From NCBI GenBank assembly GCA_963514005.1, contig OY740813.1, forward strand, positions 11,470,001 through 11,534,000: a stretch of DNA of 64,000 nt, read 5' to 3'. The stretch comes from Raja brachyura (taxonomy: Eukaryota). How positions within the stretch are numbered: position 1 is the stretch's first letter; every line of letters begins with the position of its first letter. Below, piece by piece: positions 35,985-49,634 of this stretch. The notes beneath the pieces were generated by a model. That model was given only the letters and a program-made list of their open reading frames with translations. It made no database searches and was not told where the DNA came from. Both the position numbers and the translations under genes were made by a program.

Positions 35985-36162
35985 TATGGTGGGCGGTTGT
36001 AGTTCTTTTGGCTTCAAGTGGAACTACAATTCCCAGACCGCACCGCGGCACCTTAGCTTTTCCAATATGGCGGATGTGGCAAGCTGTGCATCGTTAATAG
36101 GAAAATAATAGAGGGTGAGGAAGAGGGGTGTCGGTGGGTATAACACGGCCTGGAGAAGGGAG
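35985..36162 (+). promoter_or_regulatory. USP20: Probable USP20 promoter and non-coding first exon
   Basis: CpG-rich; GAACTACAATTCCCAGA (ZNF143/THAP11 motif) at 36021-36037; YY1-type AATATGGCGG near 36064-36073; donor GAG|gtaaga at 36162. Confidence 0.65.
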
Positions 36163-36982
36163 GTAAGATTTGGAATCGCGATCTGTTTGAATGTAATAAA
36201 TGTCTTAAAAAAAAACCATTCGGCGGCGTATCTGCTGAGTGCCTTTTGTGCGGTGCCAACCCCTGTGGGTGCTGAGTCCTGACAGCTGTTGGGCTGAGGA
36301 CTTGCTGTCGCTTCCTCCTCCGCCACACCCGGCTTCACTACCACTTCATGATTGCAACGCTCATTTTTTAGTTGTCTGAAACTAAAGCAATTTTTTTTAA
36401 AAAAGACACGTCCACCTTCCGATTTCAATTTGCTGTGAGGTTGGGATGGAGACATGTCTGCGAATGAATGGCGATGGGGCTTGGTTTACAATATGCGTAA
36501 TAACTTGGAGTCACAAGGAGCTGCAGATGTTGGAATATGGAGCAAACCAAGGATTATTCAGCAAAATAAAGAAACGCAAGCAATCTTGAGCAGAACACAA
36601 AGGGCTGGAGTGACTCAGCGGGTCAGGCAGTATCTGTGGTGGGCATGGTTAGAATATTTAATGTTGTGATATGCATAATTATTTGATTACCAGCATCTGT
36701 AGTCTATTTTCTCCCCATTACTTAGAATGCAATGTGCACCATACATTAGCACTCCCATTATTATATGTGAGGATGTTGGAACAGGATTTCACCTGCTATA
36801 TGGCAATCAGAACTACAGCTCTTTTCTGCACACTGTCATTCCAACCAAGGGTCAGATTTTCTATTCAATTTGGCTTGGTATCATGGTATTAGATACAATA
36901 GTGCAATTTGAGAGGCTTTTAGATAGGCACTTGGATATGTAGGGAATGGAGAGATATGAATCACATGTACACAGAGGAGATT

Positions 36983-37175
36983 TGTTTATATGTGTGTTGG
37001 AAAGAACTGGTTTAAATTGAAGCTGGTTCAAATCAAAGGTAGACACAAAATGCTGGAGTAACTCAGTGGGACAGGCAGCATCTGTGGAGAGAAAGAATGG
37101 GTGACTTTTTACCCATTCCTTCTCTCCAGAGATGCTGCCTGTTCCGCTGAGTTACTCCAGCATTTTGTGTCTACC
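36983..37175. mobile_element. Palindromic Penelope pseudo-LTR-derived short element; relatives near 32680, 40180, 41785, 52212 and 60407
   Basis: 65-bp inverted arms at 37038-37102 and 37111-37175; 7-bp TSD ggagatt; inserted in a CR1 remnant. Confidence 0.75.
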
Positions 37176-38770
37176 GGAGATTAGTTTAAGTTGGCATTAT
37201 GTTACGCTTGGACATTGTGGGTCGAAGGGCCTGTTCCTATGCTGTACTTTTCTATGTTTTGAATGGGTTTTCAAGCATGAAATCGCAAGCTATCATCAAC
37301 GTATTTCTTATCCCACCCTCCCCCACAACAACCGGGATCAGCTGGACATCTGTACTTTGGAAGCAATATAGTTTGCCTGTGTTCACTGTTATTCCAGAAG
37401 AAGAAGAGTACGCACCCGAATCGTCACCTGCCCATTCCCTCCCTAGATGCTGCCTGATCTGCTGAGTTCCTCCAGCACTTTGTATGTTATTCAAATATTG
37501 TCTTTGAAGTAATGCAAAAGAAACAACAATTTTGTAACTATATTACAAACTGCCTATGGCAGTCTGATTGAAGGTGATTGTAAAGCAGTCACCTGAGAGC
37601 TGTCTTTACTCAAGGATCAAATCAACATTAGCACATTAGTCTATCATTAGTCGCGGCATATAAAGTAGAAAGAGGTTTTAACAGTGACTTAACATAAGTC
37701 AATAAATAGAAGTAAAAGTAGACCAATTGATCACTCATGCGTGCCCTGTCATTCCAGAAGATCTTGGCTTCTTGTCACTTTACCTTACTAAATAATGTCC
37801 CCTGACTGTGGTTACTAAAATCAGGCATTCAAGGTTCAAGAAAGAAAGAAAAAAATCATCCAAAAGGGTAGTGAATATTTGGCATTCTCTCTGAAGAGGG
37901 TTATGATGACTCGATGTAAGGAAGACTGAGATGATGGATTTTCCGATATTAAGGAATGCAAGACATTTGGGGTCCCTTTAATAACTTCAAATGCTGGGCT
38001 CCCTCTATATCCAAAATCTGTCAGTCTCTGTCTTTTTTATATTGACAATCTACACTCTGTATTTATGCTCTTGAATGCTTTCAGCTTCTCTTATATGCCC
38101 TTTATTTCATTTGCTATCTGTTTCTACTCGCTTTTCTATCTATCCTGACACTCTTTATTTATTTTTTCTTCCACTGTTCTTTTATTATTAAATCAAAAGT
38201 ATGAAGTTCTACAAGAATGGAAATATGTATGTATGTATTAGGTATTTATGTACCACACTATTGTACTTACTTCTAACAAAAATAAACAAACAAAAAAAAA
38301 AAATGGGGAGAAATGATTAATTCAATGTATGAACATTCTTAACTGGAGTTAAACTATTCAGTAGAAAATTTTAAATGTTTACTACTCTTTGAATGAAGAC
38401 TAGGCACCATGTCCAGGAAACATAATCTCGGAATCTACCCTTTCAAGATGTGAGATTTCTAAACTCTACAGAAACCTTGCTTGGGAGTTGGTAGATTAGT
38501 ATTAGTTAAGATGTCTGTACATTGAATGTCTCTTTTTCCTCTATTCTAGAACATAACTACACCATTTGCCACCAAATATATTAACTGGATGTAAAAAAGG
38601 CGAATTAATATTTTGAAACATGTAGGAAACTGAATATTGAGCAAACTGGCTAAGGTGAAGAATATTTTTTGCTGAATAACTGTTGTCAATAATGAGCCTG
38701 CTTATAATTCTATCTACTATTTTTACCCATAATAAGCACATTTTGTATTACAGCATAAAAGTTCCAGAAG

Positions 38771-38851
38771 ATGTCTAATGTAGGTGATATCTGCCCCCAT
38801 TTGGATTCCGTAGGAGAAATCACCAGAGAGGAGCTATTGCAAAAATCAAAG
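38771..38851 (+). CDS. USP20: USP20 deubiquitinase, first coding exon (start of zf-UBP)
   Basis: [27 protein letters not shown]|gtaaaa; acceptor ends at 38753. Confidence 0.92.
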
Positions 38852-41251
38852 GTAAAAGTGTTGTTAAAGCTACAAATTGAGTCAGCTAATCTTGATATGT
38901 GGCCTAATTTCATGTTGAAACCTTGTTGTGTCTGTTACCAATACAAGATGATATTTGCACAGCCAAATTGTATCCATATCATGGCTTTTATTGATCGATG
39001 TTCTCTTTTCATATTTTTTGCTCTCTGCTTGGTCCTAGTAGGATTTGTACTTAAGGTCCACTACAAATACTTGGGCATGTAATGAAGATTTTCACACCAG
39101 TGCAGAAGTGAGGTGGCCTCTATTGGACATGTATTAAATAAATTCAACCAATGTAAAATACTCTAAGGCACTGATCAAAGCATAGATTTGTAATTTTGAT
39201 AAGAACATTATCCTTCAGCCAGTACAACCAGAAGGATTATGTGATAATTTATTAAATTGTTGTTTATATGCCTTGCTGTGTAATATTATTCAGGAATGTT
39301 GGCACCCCACCCACTTAAAGGTTTATTCATTCACCATGTAGTTCATGTCATCCATACAATTAATTGTGCAGTTGCTTACTCATAAGTGATAGGAACAGAA
39401 TTAGGCCATTCGGCCCATCAAGTCTTCTCTGCCATTCAATCATGGATGATCTATCTCTCCCTCCTTACCCCATTCCCTGCCTTTCCCCATAACCCCTGAC
39501 AATCGTACTAATCAAGAATCTATCCATCTCTACCTTAAAAATATCCATTTACTTTGCCTCCACAGCCTTCTGTGGCAAAGGATTCCATCTAGGCTTTTCT
39601 GACCATAAAGGAGGGCAAGGACAGCAGGATCATAGGAACACTATGATCTACAGAGTCCACATTAAGTCTCACACCATCATAACTTGGAAATATATTGTTG
39701 TTCCTTGAATCCTTGGATGTAAATCCTTGAACTCATTTCCCAAAGGCATTGTGGTTCACTCTTTTTCAGCTTTCACAGAACATTGGAGGGCTGTTAAATG
39801 AAGTTTAATTCCTAAGCACTAGTTAGATTCCAAATTCTATTTAAAGAAATGGAAATTGTATTTTCCCATTGCTGTAAATCTATGGTCTGATATTCTCTTA
39901 CACAATATAAATTCCCCTGCTTTATGAAACAGCAAACCTTTGACTCAGTAAGTAATTCAATTCAATGGGAGACTGACAAATCAAAACAACTACAAGTTCT
40001 GTACCACCAGATTCTGGGACTGATACTACTGTTGGAACAGATCTCTCGTACACTAAGGGTGTGATCTTGGGATTATGAATACCCCCTTATTTAATGTCAG
40101 ATCTGTTCAACTTGTTGTGGCTCTTGAACATTTTTGTATCTGCATTTTCTCTGCAGTTGTAACACTATATTTAGCATAGGAAAGAACTGCAGATGCTGTT
40201 CTAAATCGAAGGTAGACACGAAATGCTGGAGTAACTCAGCGGGACAGGCAGCATCTCTGGGGAGAAGAAATGGTTAACGTTTCGGGTCAAGATGAGATGG
40301 TAAAGGGTCTTGACCTGAAACGTCAGGAAGAATGGTCTCGACTCGAAACGTCACCCATTCCTTCTCTCCAGAGATGCTGCCTGTCCCACTGCGTTAGTGC
40401 AGCATTTTGTGTCTACTATAATTTGCACTCTGGTTATTTTTCTCTTTCTACTACATGTTGTACTTGTGTATGGCATGATTATACTCACGTATGGCATAGC
40501 ACATAATTTATTTTCCACTGTACCTCGAAAGACGTGACAATAATAAACCAATACCATTTCTCCTAAACTAGTACTCTTGATGTGGATGTGGGTGCCGCTG
40601 GCAAAGTCAGTGATTATTTCCCATCCGTAATTCCTTGAGAAGGTGAGCCACGTTCAACTGTTGTAGTCTTTTTGGTGAAGGTACACCCAAAACAATGCTG
40701 GATAAAGGGTTCCAAGATTTACAAGTCAGAAAGAACAGTAATATATTTCCAGGTTAAGATGGTGTGCAAATTGGAGATAAATTTGCAGGTAGTTATGTCG
40801 CATTTGCTACCTTTGACCTTCTTGGCTTTAGAAGTCACTGGTTTAGAAGGTACAAAAGACTTCAGATGCTGGAATCCATAGCGAAAAAGGAGAGCAATTG
40901 GAGGAATTCAGCAGGTCAGACAACATCTGCGGATGGAAATGAAGAGTTGATATTCCCGGTCGAGACTCTTCATCTAGACTGAATGAGTAGAAGGGACCTA
41001 GTGAGTATAAAGAAGTGGAGGGTAAAAGGGGACCAAGAGCTAGAAGTGATAGGGGGATACATTCGGGAAGGGGTTGATTGGAAGGTAAAGGTCAGATGGA
41101 GAAAGGAAGGGTGGTGATAACAAGAGACTAAAAAGTGATGGGTGGGGAACAAAATGCTACAGATTCTGGAATCCAATGAGAAGGGGAAGAATGGAATGGA
41201 ACGAGGGGTGATGAGAGATGAGAACAACAGGGAGAGAAGGGGTTATTTATA

Positions 41252-41346
41252 AGAGGGCAAAGGGAATCCGTTGGGGGAGTTGTATGATGAGTGGCAGAGA
41301 GGGCAAAGGGAATCCGTTGGGGGAGTTGTATGATGAGTGGCAGAGA
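41252..41346. repeat. Perfect 46-bp tandem duplication
   Basis: agagggcaaagggaatccgttgggggagttgtatgatgagtggcag x2. Confidence 0.9.
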
Positions 41347-44300
41347 ATAAATAATGTTTGGGGACAAGGTGGGTGTGAGAGAGGACCAGGGTGGAAAGGA
41401 GGAGAGAGAAAGGGATGGAGCAGTGCGAGTTGCCTGCTTTAGAAGATACTGTTGGTGGAGTCGAGGTAGGTAATTATTTAATGGTGCACGTTGCAGCCAC
41501 AATGCAACAGTGATGGGGAAAATTAATGTTAGTGTGTGAGGAGCTAGCTTTGTATATTTTGCTTTTATTTTGTGGCATAGATAGGTGTCCGCTCATTGAG
41601 ATCCTGGTTGGTTTGTAGAACTAGTAATTGAAGAAAAGGCCTGTGTGAAATGCTGACATGCAGTCAACTTTACTTCAGATTTTGCTATTGCTGTAGGTCC
41701 GATCTGCCACCATCCCTCAGTCAATTTTGTTACATGACTAAAAAGATCGTAAGTCTGGACAATTTGTGCAAGGAACACAAAATCAGTCTGAAGAAGGGTC
41801 TCGACCAGAAACGTCACCCATTCCTTCTCTCCAGAGATGCTGCCTGTCCTGCTGAGTTACTCCAGCATTTGGTGTCTACCCACACAATTGGTAAAGCAAG
41901 CCGTAGAGAGTGTTATCAGTTGAAATGTTTTCCATTCTTCCATTAGACATGATAGCAGCTGAATAAATATTTGTAATTAATTATATGTTGGGTTACTACC
42001 AAATGGGATGTAAGATCCATTATGCATTATTTTCGGAGCAGTTTCTGCTGATTGTAAGTTTCTCTCTGATAGCCATTTGTTACTGTCTCTCCAGTCCCAG
42101 ATCTGACTAATTGTTGATACGTATGATGCACAACACTTATTTTTAGTAACCACCCGACAAACAGCTGATGATCACAGAGACCAGGACTTACATAAGTGTC
42201 TTTTGGTTTTGTCCCTGTGCTAATACACCTTTCCATGCTGCAGTAGGAATAATTGGCTAGATGGTAGAGACAGAAAGAGAAAAATACTAACATTTCTCCC
42301 CACTCCAAACCCCCCCTCCTCCCCTCCAACTGTATCCATCTATCACTTATAGGCTGCTCCCCTGACAACCTGAAACGTCTGACTAATACCTCCACAGACG
42401 TTGCCTGACCTGCTGAGTTCCTTCAGCACTATTGCTTAGTTTTTCCAGCTTTTTATGCCTTGTGATCTGTTTTTGGGCCACATGCCCGCTCCTTGAATTG
42501 TACAATATTATTGTCTGGTCACGTGCAGATTTTGACCAGTATTATTCTTTTTTTTTAAATGAAATGCTAAAAATACTCAGCAGTACTGGGAGCACCATGC
42601 GGAATGGCAGAGTTAATGTTTAAGTTCTCTGACCTTGCATCAGATTAAAACTTTGCTTTGGGATCCTACCTATTGTTTTTTAATGCATCTTGTAATTTCA
42701 TTTATTTGGTATTGTTTGCTCATTCACTCTTATCAAAGTTAAATTGTGATACACAGTTCTGAATATGTTATTAATCCATCCATTTATTCCATTATTTTCC
42801 AATTAAGAACTGCCATTAAAACGTTGTGGTCATCTGACTGCAATGCCTCGGAGACTGTGATCAAATGCAAAGGGTAGTTAAAAAGTTTCCAGGAAACAGA
42901 AATTTATGAGTTGCGCTTTAGAAATGGGATGGACGGCATAACAAATAATATGGATAAATAGTGTCAGAGCCCTACAGCATGGAACCAGGCCACTCAACTC
43001 ACTTGTCCATGCAGATCAAAATGTCAATCGATCTAGTCCCATGTTCAAAGACGTAAATTGGCATGAAGAATGAGCAATCAGGGACAAATTGGGACAGATG
43101 TTCTGACTGTCAAGTCCCCCAAGCTGCTGGGAGTACAATGTACACCTGAATCCAATGTGCTGGCAGATGGTAGGCTTCTGGCTGATTGTTTTGATGTGAT
43201 CAGCACAGAACCTTCACTGGATTCCACTGACATTTCAATGGAGCTAGAGAAGAAGGCTGGAAAGAGACTGGACATCAAAAAGGTGAGAGAGGTTGTACAT
43301 GTCGGGCTGAAAATTGGGAGAGCAGACGGGCCAAGGCTGGCGTCAGGAGGCTTCGGGGCTATTGGAGAGTGGGCCTGGGAGTTGGAAGGTTAGGTGCTGC
43401 TGGAGGGGACTGCTGGGATAGGGGGCTGGACATCAGTAGGACTTTGTTCTGCTCTCATTTGAGGATATACCTGGACTTTGGAAGTGCAAGGCAGTTGAGA
43501 CCTACAGTCAAGTGCTTTGAATTCCATGGTGCTATTTCATGGAAAGAGAGCAAATCCCTGCCACTGTTAATCCTCCATCAACATTTCTGAAACAGATTAT
43601 TACATATGTTTGTGGGAGCTTGCAGTTCATAAAATGAAACAGCTGTAACATCAGCAATTAATTGGTTGCGAAGGACTTTAGTACATTCTGACAATTATGT
43701 GAATGACCCTATATAAATGCCAGTCTTTTAGTTTATGACTTGATGGAGGTTTTAAAAATGATCAAGGCGTTCATTAGGATTGATGTGGAGAAATTGTTCC
43801 ATTTGTGGGAGGTCTAGGTTTATCATTGTCACATGTACAATGAAAAGCTTTGTTTTGCATGCGATCCAAACATAGAGATATTATAGATAGATGCAATCAG
43901 TTCAAACTCAAGTCTAGGACATAACTATCGATAATATCAAGTAAAGATTCTGGAAATAATTTGTTGGCATATGGTAGTTATTAATTTTTTTTGTGTGCTG
44001 TGAATTGGAAATGATTCCAAACTCGGCCTCCACACAGGAGACGAGTGAATGGTATTCATTGGAGCAAAAAGTGGAATAGGGTTGTGGGATTCCTTATATA
44101 TGTTTGTAACATTTAGTTCTACTGTAAGCAAAGATTTAAGCACAAATTCAACTTCACAACGGTTGGTATCATAATTGTAGGCACGTCTGCTGCTGCACTT
44201 GGCATGTTTTTCCGCACTTTTCTCTGAGGTCGTTTGGTTGTGCAGTTGGTAGTTAATATTAAGTTGAAGTATATGCTAGGCCTGGACGTTACATGTTGTG

Positions 44301-45412
44301 TTAGAATGCTTTCCTTTACTGAAAGCTCATTGTTCCTCATGAATGCTCAGAGTTACCCTCATCCTCCAGAACACCAGAGGTTCTGGGGAGACCTGATAAA
44401 AGTATATAAAATTCAAAGGCATAGGTAGGGAAGGCAGTCTGAACCTTTTATTAGAGGGCATAGCTTTAACGTGAGGAGGGCAAGGTTTAAAGGAGATGTG
44501 CGGGGAAAGTTTTTTACACACTGGGTGGTTAGTGCCTGGAATGTGCTGCTGGTAGTAGTGACTCAGTTAGATACATAGGTGGCATCTAATAAACTTTTGG
44601 ATAAGCATATGAATATGCAGGCAACTGAGAGACATGAATTATATGGAGGCAGATAAGAGTTGGTCTTGGCATCATATTTGGCACAGACATTGTGGGCTGA
44701 AGAGCCTGTTTTGTGCTGTACCATTTTGTTTAAGTTCTATGTAGCTGTTTCATATGAATGTATCCCATTTAACCTGTGCCCCGATGAAAGTTGTTCCCAG
44801 TGTTAAGGTAAGGCTTTGTCTTCAGTATCAATGTATACGTACAGTGGTCACTTCAAAGATTCTTTATTAGTCACATACACCAATTGGTGTAGTGAAATGC
44901 GGATTGCCATTGCAGAACATAAAAAAGAATACAACATAACAATAATAAAGAAATGTAATCATGAAAAACATCCCACCACAATGGTTCCCACTGTGAAGGA
45001 AGGCACAAAGTCCAGTCCCCATCCCCATGTCCACCCATAGTCGGGCCTATTGAGGCCTCCACAGTCGCCTCTACGGAGGCCCGATGTTCTAGGCCCTTCT
45101 CGCCGGATGATGGTGCTCCGGCGTCGGGAGAATCCTGGAACGGCCGCTTCCTTTTATGTACTGTCATGGACAGATGCATTTGTGACATTTAGATTAGTGA
45201 GCATGAGTATCTGCCATGATCCCAGTCTACAGTTTTATATTTATAGCTTGGTTTGTTTGGTCATTCGTAATCCCACTGTTGTTAATATGCTCTTGCTAAT
45301 AGACTTTGATGCCCACAGAGCACTTTCTGTAACAATGATATCCAAGGTAGGTTCAGCATGTTTTTGTTTGATGTAATGATTTGAGATAATTGTACTAAAA
45401 ACTGTTTTTCAG

Positions 45413-45466
45413 GGAACATGCCAATCCTGTGGAGTTGGAGGACCAAACCTATGGGCTTGCCTTCAG
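45413..45466 (+). CDS. USP20: USP20 exon (zf-UBP)
   Basis: [18 protein letters not shown]. Confidence 0.93.
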
Positions 45467-45854
45467 GTAAAAGTCATTTATTTTACAAAATGTTAATTGT
45501 TTAGAAGTTTGTGTTAACTATGAAGTCATTTAAACTATCAGATAAAAATATTTATGCCCCTGATTGGTTACAAACTAGTCTAGATTAATAAATCAAGGAG
45601 TTTAGTATATTAATGTAGATATTTATTTGTCATTGTTAGCATGCAAATTTGTAAATATGGCTTCTTTCATAGGCAATTGCTTTATGCTTTGTGTCATTGT
45701 GTAAGGAATAAGTCATGGTATGTAATCATTGCTTTTTATTCAATGCTATAACATTTGGAATGCTAAAAATGAGAGCGGAGGACTGAATAGTAGTTGCATT
45801 AATTAATTTTCCTTCCCCTGAAATCCATCTCCTTTTACCCTTTTCCAAAAACAG

Positions 45855-45917
45855 AATGGCTGCTCCTATGTCGGATGTGGGGAATCGTACGTTGACCACA
45901 GCACATTACATTCACAG
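45855..45917 (+). CDS. USP20: USP20 exon (zf-UBP)
   Basis: [21 protein letters not shown]. Confidence 0.93.
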
Positions 45918-46389
45918 GTAATTGAGATTATTTTGGGGTCAATGAAACTCGAGGGTGAATAACTTAATTTATTCAGATATTTATATATATTTTTCTATAC
46001 TTAAAAATGCATTGCTAATGGTTAGTAAGCTCTTATTGGTTTTAATGGCAGTAGAGCTGGAAATTTGATATGTTTTTTTTCTCTCTACCAATGGCTTTCT
46101 AATTTCAAAGTAGCAGGATATTTCCCAAATTCACAGTAATATAACCTTTTAGGGAAGACAAGATGAGCTAGTGGGATCATAAATTTATAAATGGCGCCAC
46201 TGGAGGATCGCCGTAGGCAACTGTTGAACTGTAACTTTGCTTTGTGGAGCAATTTAGCTACCAAAGTTGATATTTGGTGGTTTTGTTAGCTTTCGTTGGG
46301 GAGAGTTACAGAAATTATATTAGTTATTAATATATTAAATCACATACTCCATGGTTTTTTGAGCTAGTTTTCCAATAATAAAACTGCAG

Positions 46390-46750
46390 CAATCAAATCA
46401 AATCAAATACGTTTATTTGTCATTGCACATCAACTGTACAACAAAATTTCATGTGCATCCCCTTCAATGCTAAACAATAAAAGACACAAGATAAAAAGAT
46501 TAAAAAAAGAACAAAACACAATAACACAAACAACCATTTACTCTCACATTTACATTTACTACAAGATCAATGCATAAAATAAGTAATAGATCATAAAAAA
46601 TGCACATTATATTGCACATTCTAGCAGACAAATCTTTATTTGCACCCCGAATTGTGTAGTGTTGCCCGTAGTGTTATCTGTTTGAGTTAAGTTCTCTAAT
46701 GGCACGTGGGTAGAAACTGTTAGTTAGTCTGCAAGTGCGGGCCCGACCAA
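46390..46750 (-). mobile_element. Rex/Babar-like LINE 3' end
   Basis: RARTCRLTNSFYPRAIRELN on minus; (aatca)n tail. Confidence 0.65.
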
Positions 46751-47449
46751 AGCCCAAAAGGGTAGGATGGGGCTGAAGCCCAGTGTTTAGACGTTGGAAT
46801 TCCAATAGAATGATTTTCCAATTCCAGTGGTAATTAAACTTTGTTTTCACTCCTAGTTTTCTTCACATATATTTTTAGGATGTTCAAAAAGTTGAATACT
46901 TTTTGAACACTTAAGAATATAGTTAATTTATGTTTTTTGCTTATGTGACAAAATAAATGATATATTAAATTATACACAAGGAAGAATAAGACGAAAATTA
47001 CCAAAAGAACATTTAGTCAAGGGTGAATGAAATTTTGTGAGAAAGACTCGAGGCCGAATGACACTGAAATCGTTTATGAAGTACTGCGCTAGAGTACTGT
47101 CTGATTCATCTCTACCTCTTTGAGAATATTGGACTATGTGGGGTTGATGCGCTACAATACTGAGAACTATATTCTGCAATCTGTACCCTTTACTTTATCA
47201 TACTTGGGTTGAACTGATTGCATCTATGTATAATTATGTTTGGGTACCAAATTGCATTTGGATTGCAAAACAAAGCTTTTCATTGTACCTTGGTACGTGT
47301 GTCAATGATAAACCTAAACCTAATGGAAGAACAAATGCCTTTCATTCTGATATTATTAAAATATTTTAAGTGACAAATTACATTTTTGAGATTTTCTAAT
47401 TTTCATCGAAATGTTAATTTACCTAATTTTCTGGTTTTTGCCCACATAG

Positions 47450-47581
47450 GCTAAGAAACATAATCTGACAGTGAACCTAACTACCTTTCGAGTTTGGTGT
47501 TATGCCTGTGAGAAGGAAGTGTTCCTGGAACAGCGACCTGTTGTGCCTAGTCCAGCTCCATCAAGCAGATCAACAGAGCAG
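47450..47581 (+). CDS. USP20: USP20 exon
   Basis: [29 protein letters not shown]... Confidence 0.94.
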
Positions 47582-47864
47582 GTAATACAAAGGCACACTA
47601 CTATTAAGGTGTATGTATTGAGACATTTGTGTTATTTGTAAAATAAAATAATTTTCCCATTTTAGACTGGTTATTTGAGGATATTTAAGTTACCCAGAGA
47701 CAGACTGCGTTCCTAAGCATAAATTAAGGTAGCTAGGTATTGTGGAAGCATTCTTGATGATATGTAAATCGAGTTCCTATGAAAGTATAACATTATTTAT
47801 GAGCAATAAACCAATATGTTTACATTCTATATCATTGCAGTAACATGGCTTTTTCTTTTATTAG

Positions 47865-47967
47865 GACTCTGGCATATCACTTGGAAATCATCCATTCAAA
47901 ATTGTTCCCATTGCTGTTGCAGATGAAGGAGAATCAGAGTCTGAGGATGATGAGTTAAGACCAAGAG
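47865..47967 (+). CDS. USP20: USP20 exon
   Basis: ...VPIAVADEGESESEDDELRPR. Confidence 0.93.
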
Positions 47968-48164
47968 GTACTTGGAGCACAGATGGTACTGAATTCAACT
48001 GAAATTTAAAAAATTGCTAATGTATCGAGTTGGTGATATAAATGATTGTGTTCAAACCGGGAGTTTATCTCAATAGATAGAATGTAGTATGTTAGTATGG
48101 AAAGTTTGAGTTCAAATGCATCGTAGTGTTGCCCCTGAAATTGTCTGATTTGGGGTTTTTTTAA

Positions 48165-48266
<102 letters not shown>

Positions 48267-48526
48267 TAGGACGGGAGTTTTATTGACCTTCGGTTACAAT
48301 TAATAAATATTTGCTGGAAGAAAAAAAATTATGAAATGTAATGCAAATTCCTGGTCAAATGGTACATGGGGGCACAGGTTATTGGGTAGTTGGGTTAAAA
48401 TGTGTTTCCATTTTATTTTTTTTTTCCATAAATTAGACTATTCCATGGAATAACTACTTTAAGCATTACATCAAACAGAATGATACAACTCAGGATGCCC
48501 ATTTTACTTCTGCATACTTATCAGAA

Positions 48527-48897
48527 TAGTACTTTATTTCCCAAGTATGTTTTGCAACATACGAGGAAGTTCATTTACGAAGTCAGTCATACAAATAAAA
48601 AGCAACAGATCACCCAAAACACATGACTCCTACACATTCCTCACTGTGATGGAAGGTGAAATAAAGTTCAAGACTCTTCCCTTTGTTCTCCCTCGGTCGG
48701 GGGCCTCGAACCTCCCGTTGACGGGACGATCTTGACTCTCGTAGCCGGCGGCGTTTGGGCCCCCGCGTCGAGGTGATCAGCTGCTGCATCGGGGGGGATG
48801 TCAGCTCCCCCGCGCTGGATGATCGAACCTCACGTCGGGGCTGGTCGAACCTTCCGGGACGTTGGTGCTCCCGACTCGTCCTCTCCCGAGACTGCTT
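48527..48897 (-). mobile_element. CpG-rich non-autonomous retroposon; relatives at ~44850-45150 and ~62030-62140
   Basis: ctttatt (AATAAAG on minus) at the left end; shared actgtg..ggaagg segment; no convincing ORF. Confidence 0.5.
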
Positions 48898-49415
48898 ATT
48901 GAAAGCAGAGTTCATCTACTCCCTCCTTAGAATTGCTGATTCCTCCCTCTTCTTTAAACTATATATCCAGTGCCCTTTTGGAAGTTAATCAGTCGGCTTC
49001 CATTTGTGTAGTTACCTTAAAGAGGGGAAATGTTAACTGTAACTTACCTTGGTGTAGCCATTTAAAATAATACGTGAAAAATGTGTGACTTCTAATAGAA
49101 AATGTTAAAGGTTTTGTGAATGTGGATTCAAGAAAAAAAGTATTTGGCCTCAGTCTTCTAAATCTTCCAATATAAAAGTACCGGATCTCAAACCAGTCTA
49201 AGCTGCAAATAGGAAGGTCCAGCTCCCACTCTTTATGATCGGTACCTATGTTTCATTTTGATGATTGACTGGATGCCGCCTTAAAACTTTATCTGTTGAT
49301 TTTGTGTTTAAAGTTTGTGATTTACATTGAAACTTTTTTCCTACAAACTTAAAATGTTAATAAAATCATTTTTAAGTCTCAGTGTGCCACCTGGGATCTA
49401 TTGCCAATGTTATGA

Positions 49416-49634
<219 letters not shown>

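Noticed and set aside
41252-41346. Tandem repeat considered as a CRISPR-like or regulatory array
   Set aside because: Only two adjacent units with no spacers, in a eukaryotic context.
43070-43393. 107-aa ORF in a USP20 intron
   Set aside because: No recognisable domain and no place in the USP20 exon chain; probably an old repeat or a chance ORF.
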